Assembly: GCA_964640635.1 (NCBI GenBank)
Contig: CAZXFD010000004.1
Span: 9,262-73,261, forward strand
Reading direction: 5' to 3'
Source: an uncultured Gammaproteobacteria bacterium
GTDB taxonomy: Bacteria; Patescibacteriota; Patescibacteriia; UBA1558; S5-K13
DNA: 64,000 nt
Below the pieces are notes generated by a model that was not told where the DNA came from, searched no databases, and saw nothing but the letters and a program-made list of their open reading frames with translations. Position 1 is the first letter of the stretch; every line of letters starts with the position of its first letter. The translations under genes and the position numbers were made by a program. This document shows positions 30,133 to 39,438 of the stretch, piece by piece.

Positions 30133-31338
30133 TTATTTTAAATATTTATTTATTTCATTTAATGTGATTTGTAAAATATTTTTTTTAATTGGCGATATAT
30201 ATTGATACAATTCTTCTTTGTTTACCCACTTGTGATCTATAATTTCTTTTTCTTCAGGATTAAATTTTTCATTCTCTGTTTGTCGAACAAAGTATATGCT
30301 TTGTTTTTGTCCACAAAATTTTTCATTATATTTTTTTTGATAGGATGGTATATTGTGCCAGGTCATTGGCCAGTAATGAGAATTTGTTCTAGTAGCCATA
30401 CCTAGAATTTGTATTTTTGTAAATCCAGTTTCTTCTTGTATTTCTCTTTTTAGTGCTATTTCTATGTCTTCATTTTTTTCTACTCCACCCTGGGGTAATC
30501 TGTAGCCTGTTTTTTCATACAATTCTTTTATTATTAGTATTTTGTTTTCAGTGTTTATTATTACAGCAACTACATTATTTCTAAATGGTTTGTGTAGGTG
30601 TATTTTCCACTTTATAAGATTATAGATATAAACTATTGTAGCATTTATGATTCTTTTTGCTCTATATGGTTCTCTTATGAGCCTCCAAAACCACTCTAAT
30701 CCAATTTTTCTGATAAATTTAGGAGCTCTTTTTGCTTTTCCAGATATAAAGTCTATTGTACCGCCAACACCTATTGCTAAGCGTATATTTGGCATATTTT
30801 TTAGATTTTTATAAATCCATTTTTCTTGAAAAGGTGCGCCATATCCTACAAAAAGTATTTGAGCATCACTATTTTTTATGCTTTCTATTATTTGCTGATT
30901 TTCATTTTCTGATATTTTATAGATATCACTAAATCCAGAAGTGGCACCGACTATTTTTATGTTTTTGTATTTAGTTTCTAGTTTTGTTTTTGCTATTTGA
31001 GCGCAGTCTCCTCTTCCACCTAATAAGAATATTTTATAGCCATTTTCACTAGCAAATTTGGATATTTTGTATGTTAGGTCTACGCCAGTGACTCTTGTAT
31101 ATATATTTTGATTTAAAAATATAGATCCAAGTATTATGCCAAATCCATCGGGGGTTTTTATGTCAGCATTGTTTAATATCATTCTATACTCTGCATCTTT
31201 TTGTGCCTTTAAAATGATTTCGGGGTTTATTGTGGCGATATAGTGTTGTTTGCCGTCATTTAAAAATGTCTTGATCTTTTCAATACTTTTTTTGTAATTT
31301 ATGTTATCTATGTCTATGTTTAATATGCAAGGCATCAT
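30133..31338 (-). CDS. Fusion protein: an N-terminal WecB/TagA/CpsF (GT26) glycosyltransferase domain and a C-terminal NUDIX hydrolase domain.
   Basis: The N-terminus (ILNIDIDN...HYIATINPEII) aligns to TagA/WecG. The C-terminus carries a Nudix box, GGVEKNEDIEIALKREIQEETG. Confidence 0.65.
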   Translation of the reverse strand: MMPCILNIDIDNINYKKSIEKIKTFLNDGKQHYIATINPEIILKAQKDAEYRMILNNADIKTPDGFGIILGSIFLNQNIYTRVTGVDLTYKISKFASENGYKIFLLGGRGDCAQIAKTKLETKYKNIKIVGATSGFSDIYKISENENQQIIESIKNSDAQILFVGYGAPFQEKWIYKNLKNMPNIRLAIGVGGTIDFISGKAKRAPKFIRKIGLEWFWRLIREPYRAKRIINATIVYIYNLIKWKIHLHKPFRNNVVAVIINTENKILIIKELYEKTGYRLPQGGVEKNEDIEIALKREIQEETGFTKIQILGMATRTNSHYWPMTWHNIPSYQKKYNEKFCGQKQSIYFVRQTENEKFNPEEKEIIDHKWVNKEELYQYISPIKKNILQITLNEINKYLK

Positions 31339-31367
31339 AATATTTATTTTTTATATAAAAAAACAAC

Positions 31368-31395
31368 AAACTTACTTTGTTTTTTGGGTAAGTTT
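31368..31395 (-). terminator. Rho-independent terminator for the minus-strand three-gene operon.
   Basis: Stem aaacttac/gtaagttt; on the minus strand a T-run follows. Confidence 0.5.
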
Positions 31396-31463
31396 ATAAT
31401 TAAAAAGTGCTATTCATGTAGTTATTTTAGCAGTTTTTGGGTATTAAGTGAAGTATTTTGGTA

Positions 31464-32075
31464 TTAGAAGCTACTTCTAGTTTTTTTGAGAAATGTTTTG
31501 TATTGTGGGTCCTCTTTCATCATTCTATCTAGCAATTCTCTAAGATATCTTGCTTTACTCTTTTTTACACCAAGAGATTTCCAATTTAAATATCTTTCAG
31601 TCCTAGGCGATATTCTTAGAGTAAATTTGATGTTTACTTTTTCTTGTAATAGATTTCCAGATTCTAATAGTTCCAAAAAGTCCAATATAACATCTTCTAT
31701 AGACTTTTTATCCTTTTTATAGAATCTTAGAAAGAAGTTTTTTCCTAGGTTTTCGTCTTTTCTTATGTATTCTAATTGATCTGGAATCAGATGCCCTTTT
31801 TCCATGAGATATAAAACAGGTTTTTTGTAGGCAAGTGCGGTTGCTATGATATAAATTGTATCACTAAAGGTGTGTGTTCCTTCTATAATGACAGCCTCTA
31901 TTTGATCATAACTAATACTGCGCCTTGCTTCATTTTCTCCTTTTGTTACTATTTTTTCTAGATTACTGACAAGATTTAGGCCATTTTTTACAAGTAATTG
32001 ATTGATGAGAAAATAACGATCCTTCCAATATTCATCGTCGAGTTTTTCTAAATTTGCACAATAATATACTTTCAT
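31464..32075 (-). CDS. Hypothetical protein with a tentative nucleoside-2-deoxyribosyltransferase-like Rossmann N-domain and a C-terminal ribbon-helix-helix DNA-binding motif.
   Basis: EAVIIEGTHTFSDTIYIIATALAYKKPVLYL resembles the NDT/Rcl-type core. KFTLRISPRTERYLNWKSLGVKKSKARYLRELLD fits the RHH beta-alpha-alpha pattern with a G-x-S turn. This comes from pattern recognition only. Confidence 0.35.
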   Translation of the reverse strand: MKVYYCANLEKLDDEYWKDRYFLINQLLVKNGLNLVSNLEKIVTKGENEARRSISYDQIEAVIIEGTHTFSDTIYIIATALAYKKPVLYLMEKGHLIPDQLEYIRKDENLGKNFFLRFYKKDKKSIEDVILDFLELLESGNLLQEKVNIKFTLRISPRTERYLNWKSLGVKKSKARYLRELLDRMMKEDPQYKTFLKKTRSSF

Positions 32076-32079
32076 ATTT

Positions 32080-33045
32080 TTATTCTATAAATTCTCCTTG
32101 TATGTTTTTGCAGAGTAGGTCTTTTATTTTTTCCTCATTTTTTGTTTGTCCCAATATCCAGGATAGTTTTGCACATAGACATTCTGGGCTAATATTGCTT
32201 ATTGTAAGGATTGTATGAAAGAAGCTTTTTCCAAAACTCATTTTGCTATATAAAATGACAAGTTTTTTGTTTTCTTGGCTAAGTTTGAATAATTTTACTA
32301 ATTTTTCTCTATCCATTATTTTGTTTGGCCAAGATTTGAATATCAAAACTTTTATTGGGTTGTTTTTTGATAAGAGTGATTCTAATATATTTATTTCTGG
32401 TATTGTTTCTAAAAATAGATAATCGTCACTCATTTTGTAAAAATATTTTGTTTCAAGGGGTATTATTTTGTTTTCATCTTCTATAGAGAGTCCAAAGTCT
32501 ATTTTTGCAAGGTATTTTGAATCAATTGAATCGAATATATTCAAGTCAGACAAGCTACATCTGTGTATTTTGGAAGCCGCAATTACTCTATTTCCGTATA
32601 CAGTGCTTATTTTATTTATTCGGCTATTGATAACCTGAAGAGAATTAATTAAATTTGCTTTAAATGATAAATCTGGTACTGATCCAGTTTCTTGTTCCAT
32701 GGTATTTGATCCAGTTATTACTATTGGTTTTGTAGGGTTTTGTATTAGCCAGAATAATTGATTGGAAAGTGTGGGAATTGAGTCTGCATCGTGAAGTATT
32801 AATATGCCATCATAATTTTTTATATTTAATTCAATAGTATTTACTATTTTTATCAAATTTTCTCTAGTTTTTGTTTCCCTTTCTTTTTCTATTATTAGAA
32901 AGTCCTGAGTATTTGCGATAAGAGATATTTCTGGAATTTTACCAAGCCATTTTTGTATGTCGTCTTTTTTTTCTACACATACAAAACCATCCTTTTTATC
33001 ATATAAAGTGGTACCACCATAGAATATTGTAAATATTTTGTTCAT
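32080..33045 (-). CDS. L-asparaginase type I (AnsA)-like protein whose second active-site threonine motif has diverged.
   Basis: IFYGGTTLY corresponds to YTGGTIGM. YDGILILHDADSI...KPIVITGSNTM corresponds to YDGFVILHGTDTM...KPVIVTGSQIP. The C-terminal NIQGEF corresponds to NLRGEL. HGTDT has become HDADS. Confidence 0.6.
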   Translation of the reverse strand: MNKIFTIFYGGTTLYDKKDGFVCVEKKDDIQKWLGKIPEISLIANTQDFLIIEKERETKTRENLIKIVNTIELNIKNYDGILILHDADSIPTLSNQLFWLIQNPTKPIVITGSNTMEQETGSVPDLSFKANLINSLQVINSRINKISTVYGNRVIAASKIHRCSLSDLNIFDSIDSKYLAKIDFGLSIEDENKIIPLETKYFYKMSDDYLFLETIPEINILESLLSKNNPIKVLIFKSWPNKIMDREKLVKLFKLSQENKKLVILYSKMSFGKSFFHTILTISNISPECLCAKLSWILGQTKNEEKIKDLLCKNIQGEFIE

Positions 33046-33046
33046 C

Positions 33047-33718
33047 TTAATCTTTTTTGAAAATTAGATATGCTATTGATGCATTCATTAATATTGCTGA
33101 CACGGCTCCTAGCCAATCATAGGAGTGTTTTCCAATATATGGAAGGTACCAAGCAAAGAAAACCCCAAGTATATAGGGAACAGTTGTTGCTATTAGTATA
33201 TTTTTTAATGTTTGTTTATTTATGCCTTGAGCTAGGATGTATTTTTTTATTAATATCGACAAAGCTAATATTAGTAATATTATAAAGTAAATTCCATAAA
33301 TTAAATTTAAATTTATATCTACTACTTGATACAATACCTTATTATAGTAGTAGTGTTTAATAATGAAATTTTTAGAAAATATAATATAAAAAATTAATAA
33401 ACTTATCGATGTTAATATGTAATATATTAATTTTGGAATTTTAAATAGCTTATATGGAAATTCAATAGAAAATAATAAAAAACAAATAATAATCAATGTT
33501 GTACAAAAGTAAACAAGTTGATTTAATGCTATAGATATATTGTTATTTTGTGTAAATAAAATTAGTATGTCTATTATTGTCCATAGTCCTGCTATAAAAC
33601 ACATAAATGCAAAATAAATATTTGCTTTATTCTTTATTCCTCGATGTTTTTTTAATATTTTTATACCAATGAATATATTGGACGCAAGACTTAAAAATAG
33701 AATAATAATTTTTAACAT
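33047..33718 (-). CDS. Hypothetical polytopic membrane protein (about 6 TM helices).
   Basis: It is hydrophobic throughout and is the first gene of an operon with the asparaginase-like protein and the RHH-containing protein. Confidence 0.4.
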   Translation of the reverse strand: MLKIIILFLSLASNIFIGIKILKKHRGIKNKANIYFAFMCFIAGLWTIIDILILFTQNNNISIALNQLVYFCTTLIIICFLLFSIEFPYKLFKIPKLIYYILTSISLLIFYIIFSKNFIIKHYYYNKVLYQVVDINLNLIYGIYFIILLILALSILIKKYILAQGINKQTLKNILIATTVPYILGVFFAWYLPYIGKHSYDWLGAVSAILMNASIAYLIFKKD

Positions 33719-33892
33719 ATAATTTGCATTAATTATATTAATTTTTTAAATATTTTAACTATATATTTATAGACGGCGCATTTTTATTGGACGGCCACCT
33801 ATATTTCTAACCTACTCCTTTGCTTTAAATATGTCAAGAGATTGTACGATTTTTTGGATGGGGCCATGAAATACTTTATTGATAATTAAAAA

Positions 33893-33911
33893 AGTCCTTA
33901 AAATAAGGACT
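33893..33911 (-). terminator. Rho-independent terminator downstream of rlmN.
   Basis: Stem agtcctta/taaggact; a T-run follows on the minus strand. Confidence 0.5.
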
Positions 33912-33933
33912 TTATTATGATATGTGGAAATAA

Positions 33934-34947
33934 TTATTTTGTGACTAGTTGTCCACAAGCTGCATTTATATCAGATCCAAAACTATGTCTAAGGGTAAGT
34001 TTTACAGTATTGTCATGAAGTATTTGCATAAACTCCCGAATTTTTTTGTCAGTAGAAGATTTGAATTGGCCAGTTTCATTGTATTTTATGATATTTAGCA
34101 TGTATAATTTTTTTGTCATAAGCCTTGATAATTCTTCTGCATTTTTTGGGCTATCATTTATATCTTTTATCATAATATATTCAAACATTACACGCCTATT
34201 TGTTTTTTCTATGTAGTTATCAACAGCCTTTAGTATGTCTTCTATTTTGTATTTTTTGTTTATAGGCATTAATTTGTCTCTCAGAATATTGTTTGAAGCA
34301 TGAAGTGATATTGCTAAATTGATTTGCATTTTTTCATTTGCTAGTTTTTTTATTCCATCAATTACGCCACAGGTTGAAATTGAAATTCTTCTTGCGCCAA
34401 TGTTGAAAGCATTATTGTCGTTTAGAATTTTTATTGATTCTATTACATTGTCATAATTTAAAAACGGCTCACCCATTCCCATATATACTACATTTGTAAT
34501 TTTTTTATTTTCTTTTTTGAGTATTCGTGCAAAAAATAATACCTGTTCTATTATTTCATATTTATTTAGATCTCTTACAAAACCCATAGATCCTGTTGCG
34601 CAAAATGAGCATTTCATAGGACATCCTACTTGAGATGAAACACATACTGTATTTCTATTGTCAACATGTGATAATAACACAGTTTCTATTTTTGCTCCAT
34701 CAGATAGTGTGATAAGTGCTTTTTTAGTGCCACTAGAGTCATAAAGCTGCGCATCTATAGAAAGTGGACAAGACTTATTTAATTTTTCTCGAAGAGTTTT
34801 GGGCAATGTTTTTGCGTCATCCCAGTCACTTATCAATTCTTGGAAAATTGCTTTTTTTACTTGAGTTATACGAAATTTAGGTTCTTTTGATAATATTTTT
34901 TCTAAATCTTTTATATTCATAAAATTAAAATAACACTCCTTGAGCAA
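33934..34947 (-). CDS. rlmN: 23S rRNA / tRNA (adenine-C2)-methyltransferase RlmN, radical SAM.
   Basis: CVSSQVGCPMKCSFCATG is the radical-SAM CxxxCxxC signature in RlmN context, and the C-terminal GSDINAACGQL motif is present. Confidence 0.85.
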   Translation of the reverse strand: MLKECYFNFMNIKDLEKILSKEPKFRITQVKKAIFQELISDWDDAKTLPKTLREKLNKSCPLSIDAQLYDSSGTKKALITLSDGAKIETVLLSHVDNRNTVCVSSQVGCPMKCSFCATGSMGFVRDLNKYEIIEQVLFFARILKKENKKITNVVYMGMGEPFLNYDNVIESIKILNDNNAFNIGARRISISTCGVIDGIKKLANEKMQINLAISLHASNNILRDKLMPINKKYKIEDILKAVDNYIEKTNRRVMFEYIMIKDINDSPKNAEELSRLMTKKLYMLNIIKYNETGQFKSSTDKKIREFMQILHDNTVKLTLRHSFGSDINAACGQLVTK

Positions 34948-35560
34948 AAGAAAATGAATCTTGCTTTTTATTCTCTTCGTGATTTGGAATTATATTTAAT
35001 CTTTGAAGTTCAAAAAAACATTTTGCGCACACTCTTACATCTACCATTGCATTATGCGCATCTTTGAAGTCGTGATTAAACAATTTGAAATGTAGTTCTG
35101 ATAATTTAGGATATTTAAATGGTTTTGTTATTCCTCCAGGGATTTTACAGTATTCAACAGATGATTCCATGGTGCAGATTTTTTTTATTTGAGAAATATT
35201 GCTAGATATTTTTTTTCTTAGAAATTCTGCACTTGTTATTTTGTGATCAAAATTTATATTGTGAGCTATTAAGTATTTTGAATCTTTTAATATTTTGGAA
35301 AATTCATTTAAAACAGCTTTGAGTTCTATCCCCCTTTCATTTGCGATGTCGGTTGTTATGCCGTGAACTTTTGCACTATCGTGTGGTATGAAAAATCCCT
35401 CAGGTTTAATTATGTATTCTTTTGAAGAAAGTTCATTTCCATTTTTATCACAATAAAGCCATGCTATTTGAACTATTCTCGGCCAATTTTCTATGTCCGA
35501 AATAGGAGCATTCCAGCTTATTGGTAGTCCAGTTGTTTCAGTGTCGAAAAATAGATACAT
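34925..35560 (-). CDS. Stand-alone DEDDh 3'-5' exonuclease (DnaQ/epsilon-like).
   Basis: Exo I is LFFDTETTGLP, Exo II is IAHNINFD, and Exo III is HNAMVDV. It overlaps rlmN by 23 nt. Confidence 0.75.
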   Translation of the reverse strand: MYLFFDTETTGLPISWNAPISDIENWPRIVQIAWLYCDKNGNELSSKEYIIKPEGFFIPHDSAKVHGITTDIANERGIELKAVLNEFSKILKDSKYLIAHNINFDHKITSAEFLRKKISSNISQIKKICTMESSVEYCKIPGGITKPFKYPKLSELHFKLFNHDFKDAHNAMVDVRVCAKCFFELQRLNIIPNHEENKKQDSFSFAQGVLF

Positions 35561-35608
35561 AGTGTTAGGTTTGAAGTATAAAGTTTGAGGTTTGAAATAT
35601 TTAGAATA

Positions 35609-36304
35609 TTACTTTAGTAATTTTTGAATATATTTTTTTGCACGTAATTGATCTTCAATATCATTTTCTATTTCAAGTGCAAGATATTTTGGTAAGTATT
35701 TTTTGTATTTTTTCAAGTAGTCGAATTCATTTAAGTTATTAAAAAGATGATCAGAATGTGCTAATTGTTTTGAATATGGATTAATATATGCTTTTTTGAT
35801 TGCACTTACGTGTGCAAAACCACAGGGGTATTTTTTTAATAAATTTATTATTTTTTGATAGGCATTATTCCATTTGTGTAAATATGCGTCGTGTAAATGG
35901 GCTACGTCTAGACAAATACCAGCATAGTCACTTATTTCATTTTCAATGTGAGCATTTTTGTCGTCTGCACCACTATTTTCGATATATACTTTGTTTTTGT
36001 ATTTTTTTAGTATATTTTTATCTTTTATTTCAAAAAAACCAGTGGGATGAGTATTAAAAGCCTTGGTTTTAAATGTTTTGATAAGATATTCTATCTCATC
36101 TAGCTTCATATCGTTTCTAAGATGTATTACGGGAACTGATTTGATGTTGTGTTTTATTAATTCTTTATATATTTTTTGACGAACAGTTTTTGTTGCATAT
36201 AGGGTAAAAAATAAAGCAACTTCTTTTATTTTGAATTTTTGAAGATCTTTGACTTTTTGTAGATAGTTTTTATTTGTTGTAGTTATTGATACTAGAATTT
36301 TCAT
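35609..36304 (-). CDS. Hypothetical protein, possibly a xylose-isomerase-like TIM barrel / AP-endonuclease-2 family.
   Basis: ICLDVAHLHD resembles the metal-binding CxDxxH of Nfo/AP_endonuc_2 proteins. Support is weak. Confidence 0.3.
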   Translation of the reverse strand: MKILVSITTTNKNYLQKVKDLQKFKIKEVALFFTLYATKTVRQKIYKELIKHNIKSVPVIHLRNDMKLDEIEYLIKTFKTKAFNTHPTGFFEIKDKNILKKYKNKVYIENSGADDKNAHIENEISDYAGICLDVAHLHDAYLHKWNNAYQKIINLLKKYPCGFAHVSAIKKAYINPYSKQLAHSDHLFNNLNEFDYLKKYKKYLPKYLALEIENDIEDQLRAKKYIQKLLK

Positions 36305-36371
36305 GTATTTGTGTTCAAATTATTTTAACTTATATATATTTTACCATGACAGCGGTTATTCAAGAAATTTA

Positions 36372-36400
36372 AAAACATTCGAAGAGAACGAATGTTTTTT
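36372..36400 (-). terminator. Rho-independent terminator downstream of rarA (bidirectional).
   Basis: A 10-bp stem aaaacattcg/cgaatgtttt with loop aagagaa and T-runs on both sides. Confidence 0.6.
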
Positions 36401-36435
36401 AAAAGTCAATATGCGTTTTTAATATATAGACAATG

Positions 36436-37647
36436 TTAATTTATGTATTTTTTATTTTTTAATTTTTCTGGTAAATATATTTGATCCTCTTTGTAGTCGT
36501 AATCAGGACTATATTTATAATCTTTTCCATAGCCTAAGTTTTTCATTAATTTAGTGGGAGCGTTTCTAATATGAAGTGGTACTGGTAAATTTCCAAATTC
36601 ATGGATATCTTTTTCAATTTTTTTGTATGCTACGTATAGTTCGTTGGATTTACGACATTTTGCCATATATACAACCGCTTGAGCTAGAATTACATTGCAT
36701 TCTGGTAGACCTATGAAATGACATGCATTGTAAGTCGCCACAGCTTGTTCTAAAGCACGAGAATTAGCAAGTCCTATGTCTTCAGAGGCAAACCTTACAA
36801 TTCGTCGTGCAATGTATAATGGATCTTCCCCAGCTTCTATCATGCGAGCCAACCAATAAAGCGAAGCGTTAGCATCTCCTCCACGCATTGATTTGTGAAG
36901 AGCGGATATTATATTATAGTGTTCTTCGCCATTTTTGTCATACATTAGATAAGATTTTTGAAATGCTTCTTTTATTTCTTCGCTTGTAATTTTTTTGTCT
37001 TTTGAAAGTGTTGCAGAATATTCTAAAACGTTTAAAGCTGTTCTTGCATCACCATTAGACATTTGAGCGAGTATATCTATGGTTTTTTTATCAAGTTTTA
37101 ATTTGAGTTTTCCAAGCCCTTTTTCGCTATCTAGTAATGCGGACTTAATGATTTTTGATAACTGCACCTCATCTAATTGTTTTAGTACAAATACGCGACT
37201 TCTTGAAAGTAGTGCGCTTCTTACTTCAAAACTTGGATTCTCGGTTGTTGCGCCGATAAGAGTAATAACACCTTTTTCAACATGAGGAAGAAGTGCATCT
37301 TGTTGGGTTTTGTTCCAGCGATGAATTTCATCAATAAATAAAATTGTATTTTTGTTTTTTTCTATATTTTCTTTTGCAGTTTCTATGATTTGTTTTAAGT
37401 CCTTTACCCCACTATTTACAGCACTTATTTGAACAAAGTCGGATTTTGTTTGGCGGGCTATTATAAATGCAAGAGTTGTTTTACCAGATCCTGGAGGCCC
37501 CCAAAAAATCATTGAAGGGATATTATCGCTTTCTATGGCTTGTTTTAACATTTTGCCATCACCAATAATTTCATCTTGACCCAAAAAATCAGAAAGTTTT
37601 TCTGGACGCATACGATCAGCTAAGGGTTTTTTTATTAAATTATTCAT
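36436..37647 (-). CDS. rarA: Replication-associated recombination protein A (AAA+ ATPase RarA/MgsA).
   Basis: LADRMRP..L.DF.GQ N-terminus, Walker A GPPGSGKTTLA, Walker B ILFIDEIHR. Length is 403 aa. Confidence 0.9.
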   Translation of the reverse strand: MNNLIKKPLADRMRPEKLSDFLGQDEIIGDGKMLKQAIESDNIPSMIFWGPPGSGKTTLAFIIARQTKSDFVQISAVNSGVKDLKQIIETAKENIEKNKNTILFIDEIHRWNKTQQDALLPHVEKGVITLIGATTENPSFEVRSALLSRSRVFVLKQLDEVQLSKIIKSALLDSEKGLGKLKLKLDKKTIDILAQMSNGDARTALNVLEYSATLSKDKKITSEEIKEAFQKSYLMYDKNGEEHYNIISALHKSMRGGDANASLYWLARMIEAGEDPLYIARRIVRFASEDIGLANSRALEQAVATYNACHFIGLPECNVILAQAVVYMAKCRKSNELYVAYKKIEKDIHEFGNLPVPLHIRNAPTKLMKNLGYGKDYKYSPDYDYKEDQIYLPEKLKNKKYIN

Positions 37648-37693
37648 ATAGAAATTATAGCAGATTGAGAGATTAGTGGAAAATTGATAAACA

Positions 37694-37724
37694 AAAAAGC
37701 ATCCCGCTAACAGGATGCTTTTTT
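37694..37724 (-). terminator. Rho-independent terminator downstream of the surface-protein gene (bidirectional).
   Basis: Stem agcatcc/ggatgct with flanking A6/T6 runs. Confidence 0.6.
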
Positions 37725-37734
37725 GTGAAACGCT

Positions 37735-39288
37735 TTAAAGTGTATTTAAAAGTTTTAATGTTTTTGGTCCAATATAACCGACTTGTTCTAGACCATTTGC
37801 TTTTTGGAAAGATTTTATAGCGGCTTCTGTATAGTTACCAAAGTATCCAGTGATTTTTGGGTATTTAAAATATCCAAAATCTTTTAAGGTTTTCTGTAAA
37901 GTACTAACTTCTTTGTTGTTTTTAAGATCCCTATTAGTTTTTCTTAGTTTTCTTGTAAAATTTAAATTTAATTTTTGGATAGCTTTATTTAGCTTAGTTG
38001 TTGGTTCATCAGAAGTTATTTTTTCTCCCAAAACTTGGGGTATGATCTTTTCTGCTAATACTTGAGGTATTATAGGGTTTACTGGTGGTATAGATCCTCC
38101 AATATAACCACCACTACTAGGTCTATTATTTACAACTACTGTTCTTATTTTTGGTATGGCCGATTTTCCAGATAGATCTGTTGCGGTATATTCTAAAGTA
38201 TATGTTCCAGCTACAGATGTATTGACAACACCATTCATATAAATAGTTCTATTTGTGTCTATGTCGTCACTTACTATAGCACCCTCATCAGAATAACCAT
38301 CGCCAACATATAATGATATTGTTGCTTCACCATTTAGTGTTATAACGGGAATTTCTTTGTCTGTATTTATTATAGTTAATTTTATATATGTTTTGGAAGA
38401 TTCGCCATGTTTATCTGATACATATAAAGATATTTCACAGTTTTCATTTTGTCCCACCTCCTCAGTCTTGAAATCTGCTATACTATCTTTTTGTCCAATT
38501 AATTCTATATATTTACAAGTTGATTCCCAATGATACTGTATTTCTTTTTGATTTGGTGTTATGCTCTCATGTCCGTCTAATTGAAATTTTTCATTTTCTG
38601 CTATTTCTTCTTGAGTTTTGTAGATTTTTGCAAGGTATTTTGTAGAAACATCTATAGAATCAGTTGATTTTTTTTGAACAATAACTTTTCTTTCAATACT
38701 TGTTGTGTTATTAGATGCATCTGTGGCGGTATATGTTAGTATGTATTCTCCAGGTATTAGAGTGTTAATATCACCACTTCTTTCAAAGTTAATATTTTCT
38801 TCATTGTCTGTCGCTGTAATGTCATTATCATTATATGTTTGGCCAACAAATAACAATAATGGGTTAGCGCCAGATATTGTTATAACTGGGGGCGTGGTAT
38901 CTATATTTTTTATTATAAAGTTTATGGTCTCAAGTTTAGATGAATTTTTTCCATCTGTTACACTTAAAGATATTTCACATTTTTCATCTTGTTTTACTTC
39001 TCCTATGGAAATTTTAGCTGTAGCATCGGATGTTGTAATGACAATTTCGCATGTAGTATTCCAATCGTATCGTATTTCTTTTTGATTTGGAACTGTACTT
39101 TTTGAGCCATCTAATTTGAACTCGGTGTTTTCGTTTACTTCACTTGAAATATCGCTGGTTATCACCGCGATGGGTTCTGATATTGCTACTAAGTCTGAAT
39201 CAGGTTTTTCTGCTTTTGTAAAGCTAAGAAATAACACCAAAATTGGTATTAAAACTAGTAGCATTACTAGAGTTGTTATTTTTTTCAT
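37735..39288 (-). CDS. Secreted modular surface protein: a signal peptide, two PKD-like/Ig-like module pairs, and a C-terminal peptidoglycan-binding domain (PG_binding_1).
   Basis: The modules are duplicated internally (ENTEFKLDGSKSTVPNQKEIRYDWNTTCE...ISLSVTDG vs ENEKFQLDGHESITPNQKEIQYHWESTCK...ISLYVSDK; PPVITISGANP..YTATD vs IPVITLNGEAT..YTATD). The C-terminus (LQKTLKDFGYF...AIKSFQKANGLEQVGYIGPKTLKLL) matches PG_binding_1. Confidence 0.6.
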   Translation of the reverse strand: MKKITTLVMLLVLIPILVLFLSFTKAEKPDSDLVAISEPIAVITSDISSEVNENTEFKLDGSKSTVPNQKEIRYDWNTTCEIVITTSDATAKISIGEVKQDEKCEISLSVTDGKNSSKLETINFIIKNIDTTPPVITISGANPLLLFVGQTYNDNDITATDNEENINFERSGDINTLIPGEYILTYTATDASNNTTSIERKVIVQKKSTDSIDVSTKYLAKIYKTQEEIAENEKFQLDGHESITPNQKEIQYHWESTCKYIELIGQKDSIADFKTEEVGQNENCEISLYVSDKHGESSKTYIKLTIINTDKEIPVITLNGEATISLYVGDGYSDEGAIVSDDIDTNRTIYMNGVVNTSVAGTYTLEYTATDLSGKSAIPKIRTVVVNNRPSSGGYIGGSIPPVNPIIPQVLAEKIIPQVLGEKITSDEPTTKLNKAIQKLNLNFTRKLRKTNRDLKNNKEVSTLQKTLKDFGYFKYPKITGYFGNYTEAAIKSFQKANGLEQVGYIGPKTLKLLNTL

Positions 39289-39438
39289 ATTTTTTATGGT
39301 TTACACCCTTAAAGGGTTCTTATTATTTATATTATGTAAAATACCTCAATCCCCAATTATTATTAATAATGGGTATTGAATTGAAATTTATTATTATTAT
39401 ATTATTATACTAAATATAAAAAATTTTGTCAAATGTAT

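Noticed and set aside
33760-33850. Possible tRNA or small RNA in the intergenic region upstream of rlmN (gacggcgcatttttattggacggccacc...).
   Set aside because: No cloverleaf can be drawn: no acceptor/T-arm pairing and no GTTC/TTCGA T-loop. It is more likely promoter sequence for the divergent membrane-protein gene.
37735-39288. Diversity-generating retroelement (template and variable repeat) suggested by the internal repeats in the surface protein.
   Set aside because: The repeats are divergent domain duplications at the protein level (about 50% identity), not near-identical DNA repeats with adenine-specific mismatches. No reverse transcriptase gene is present in the window.
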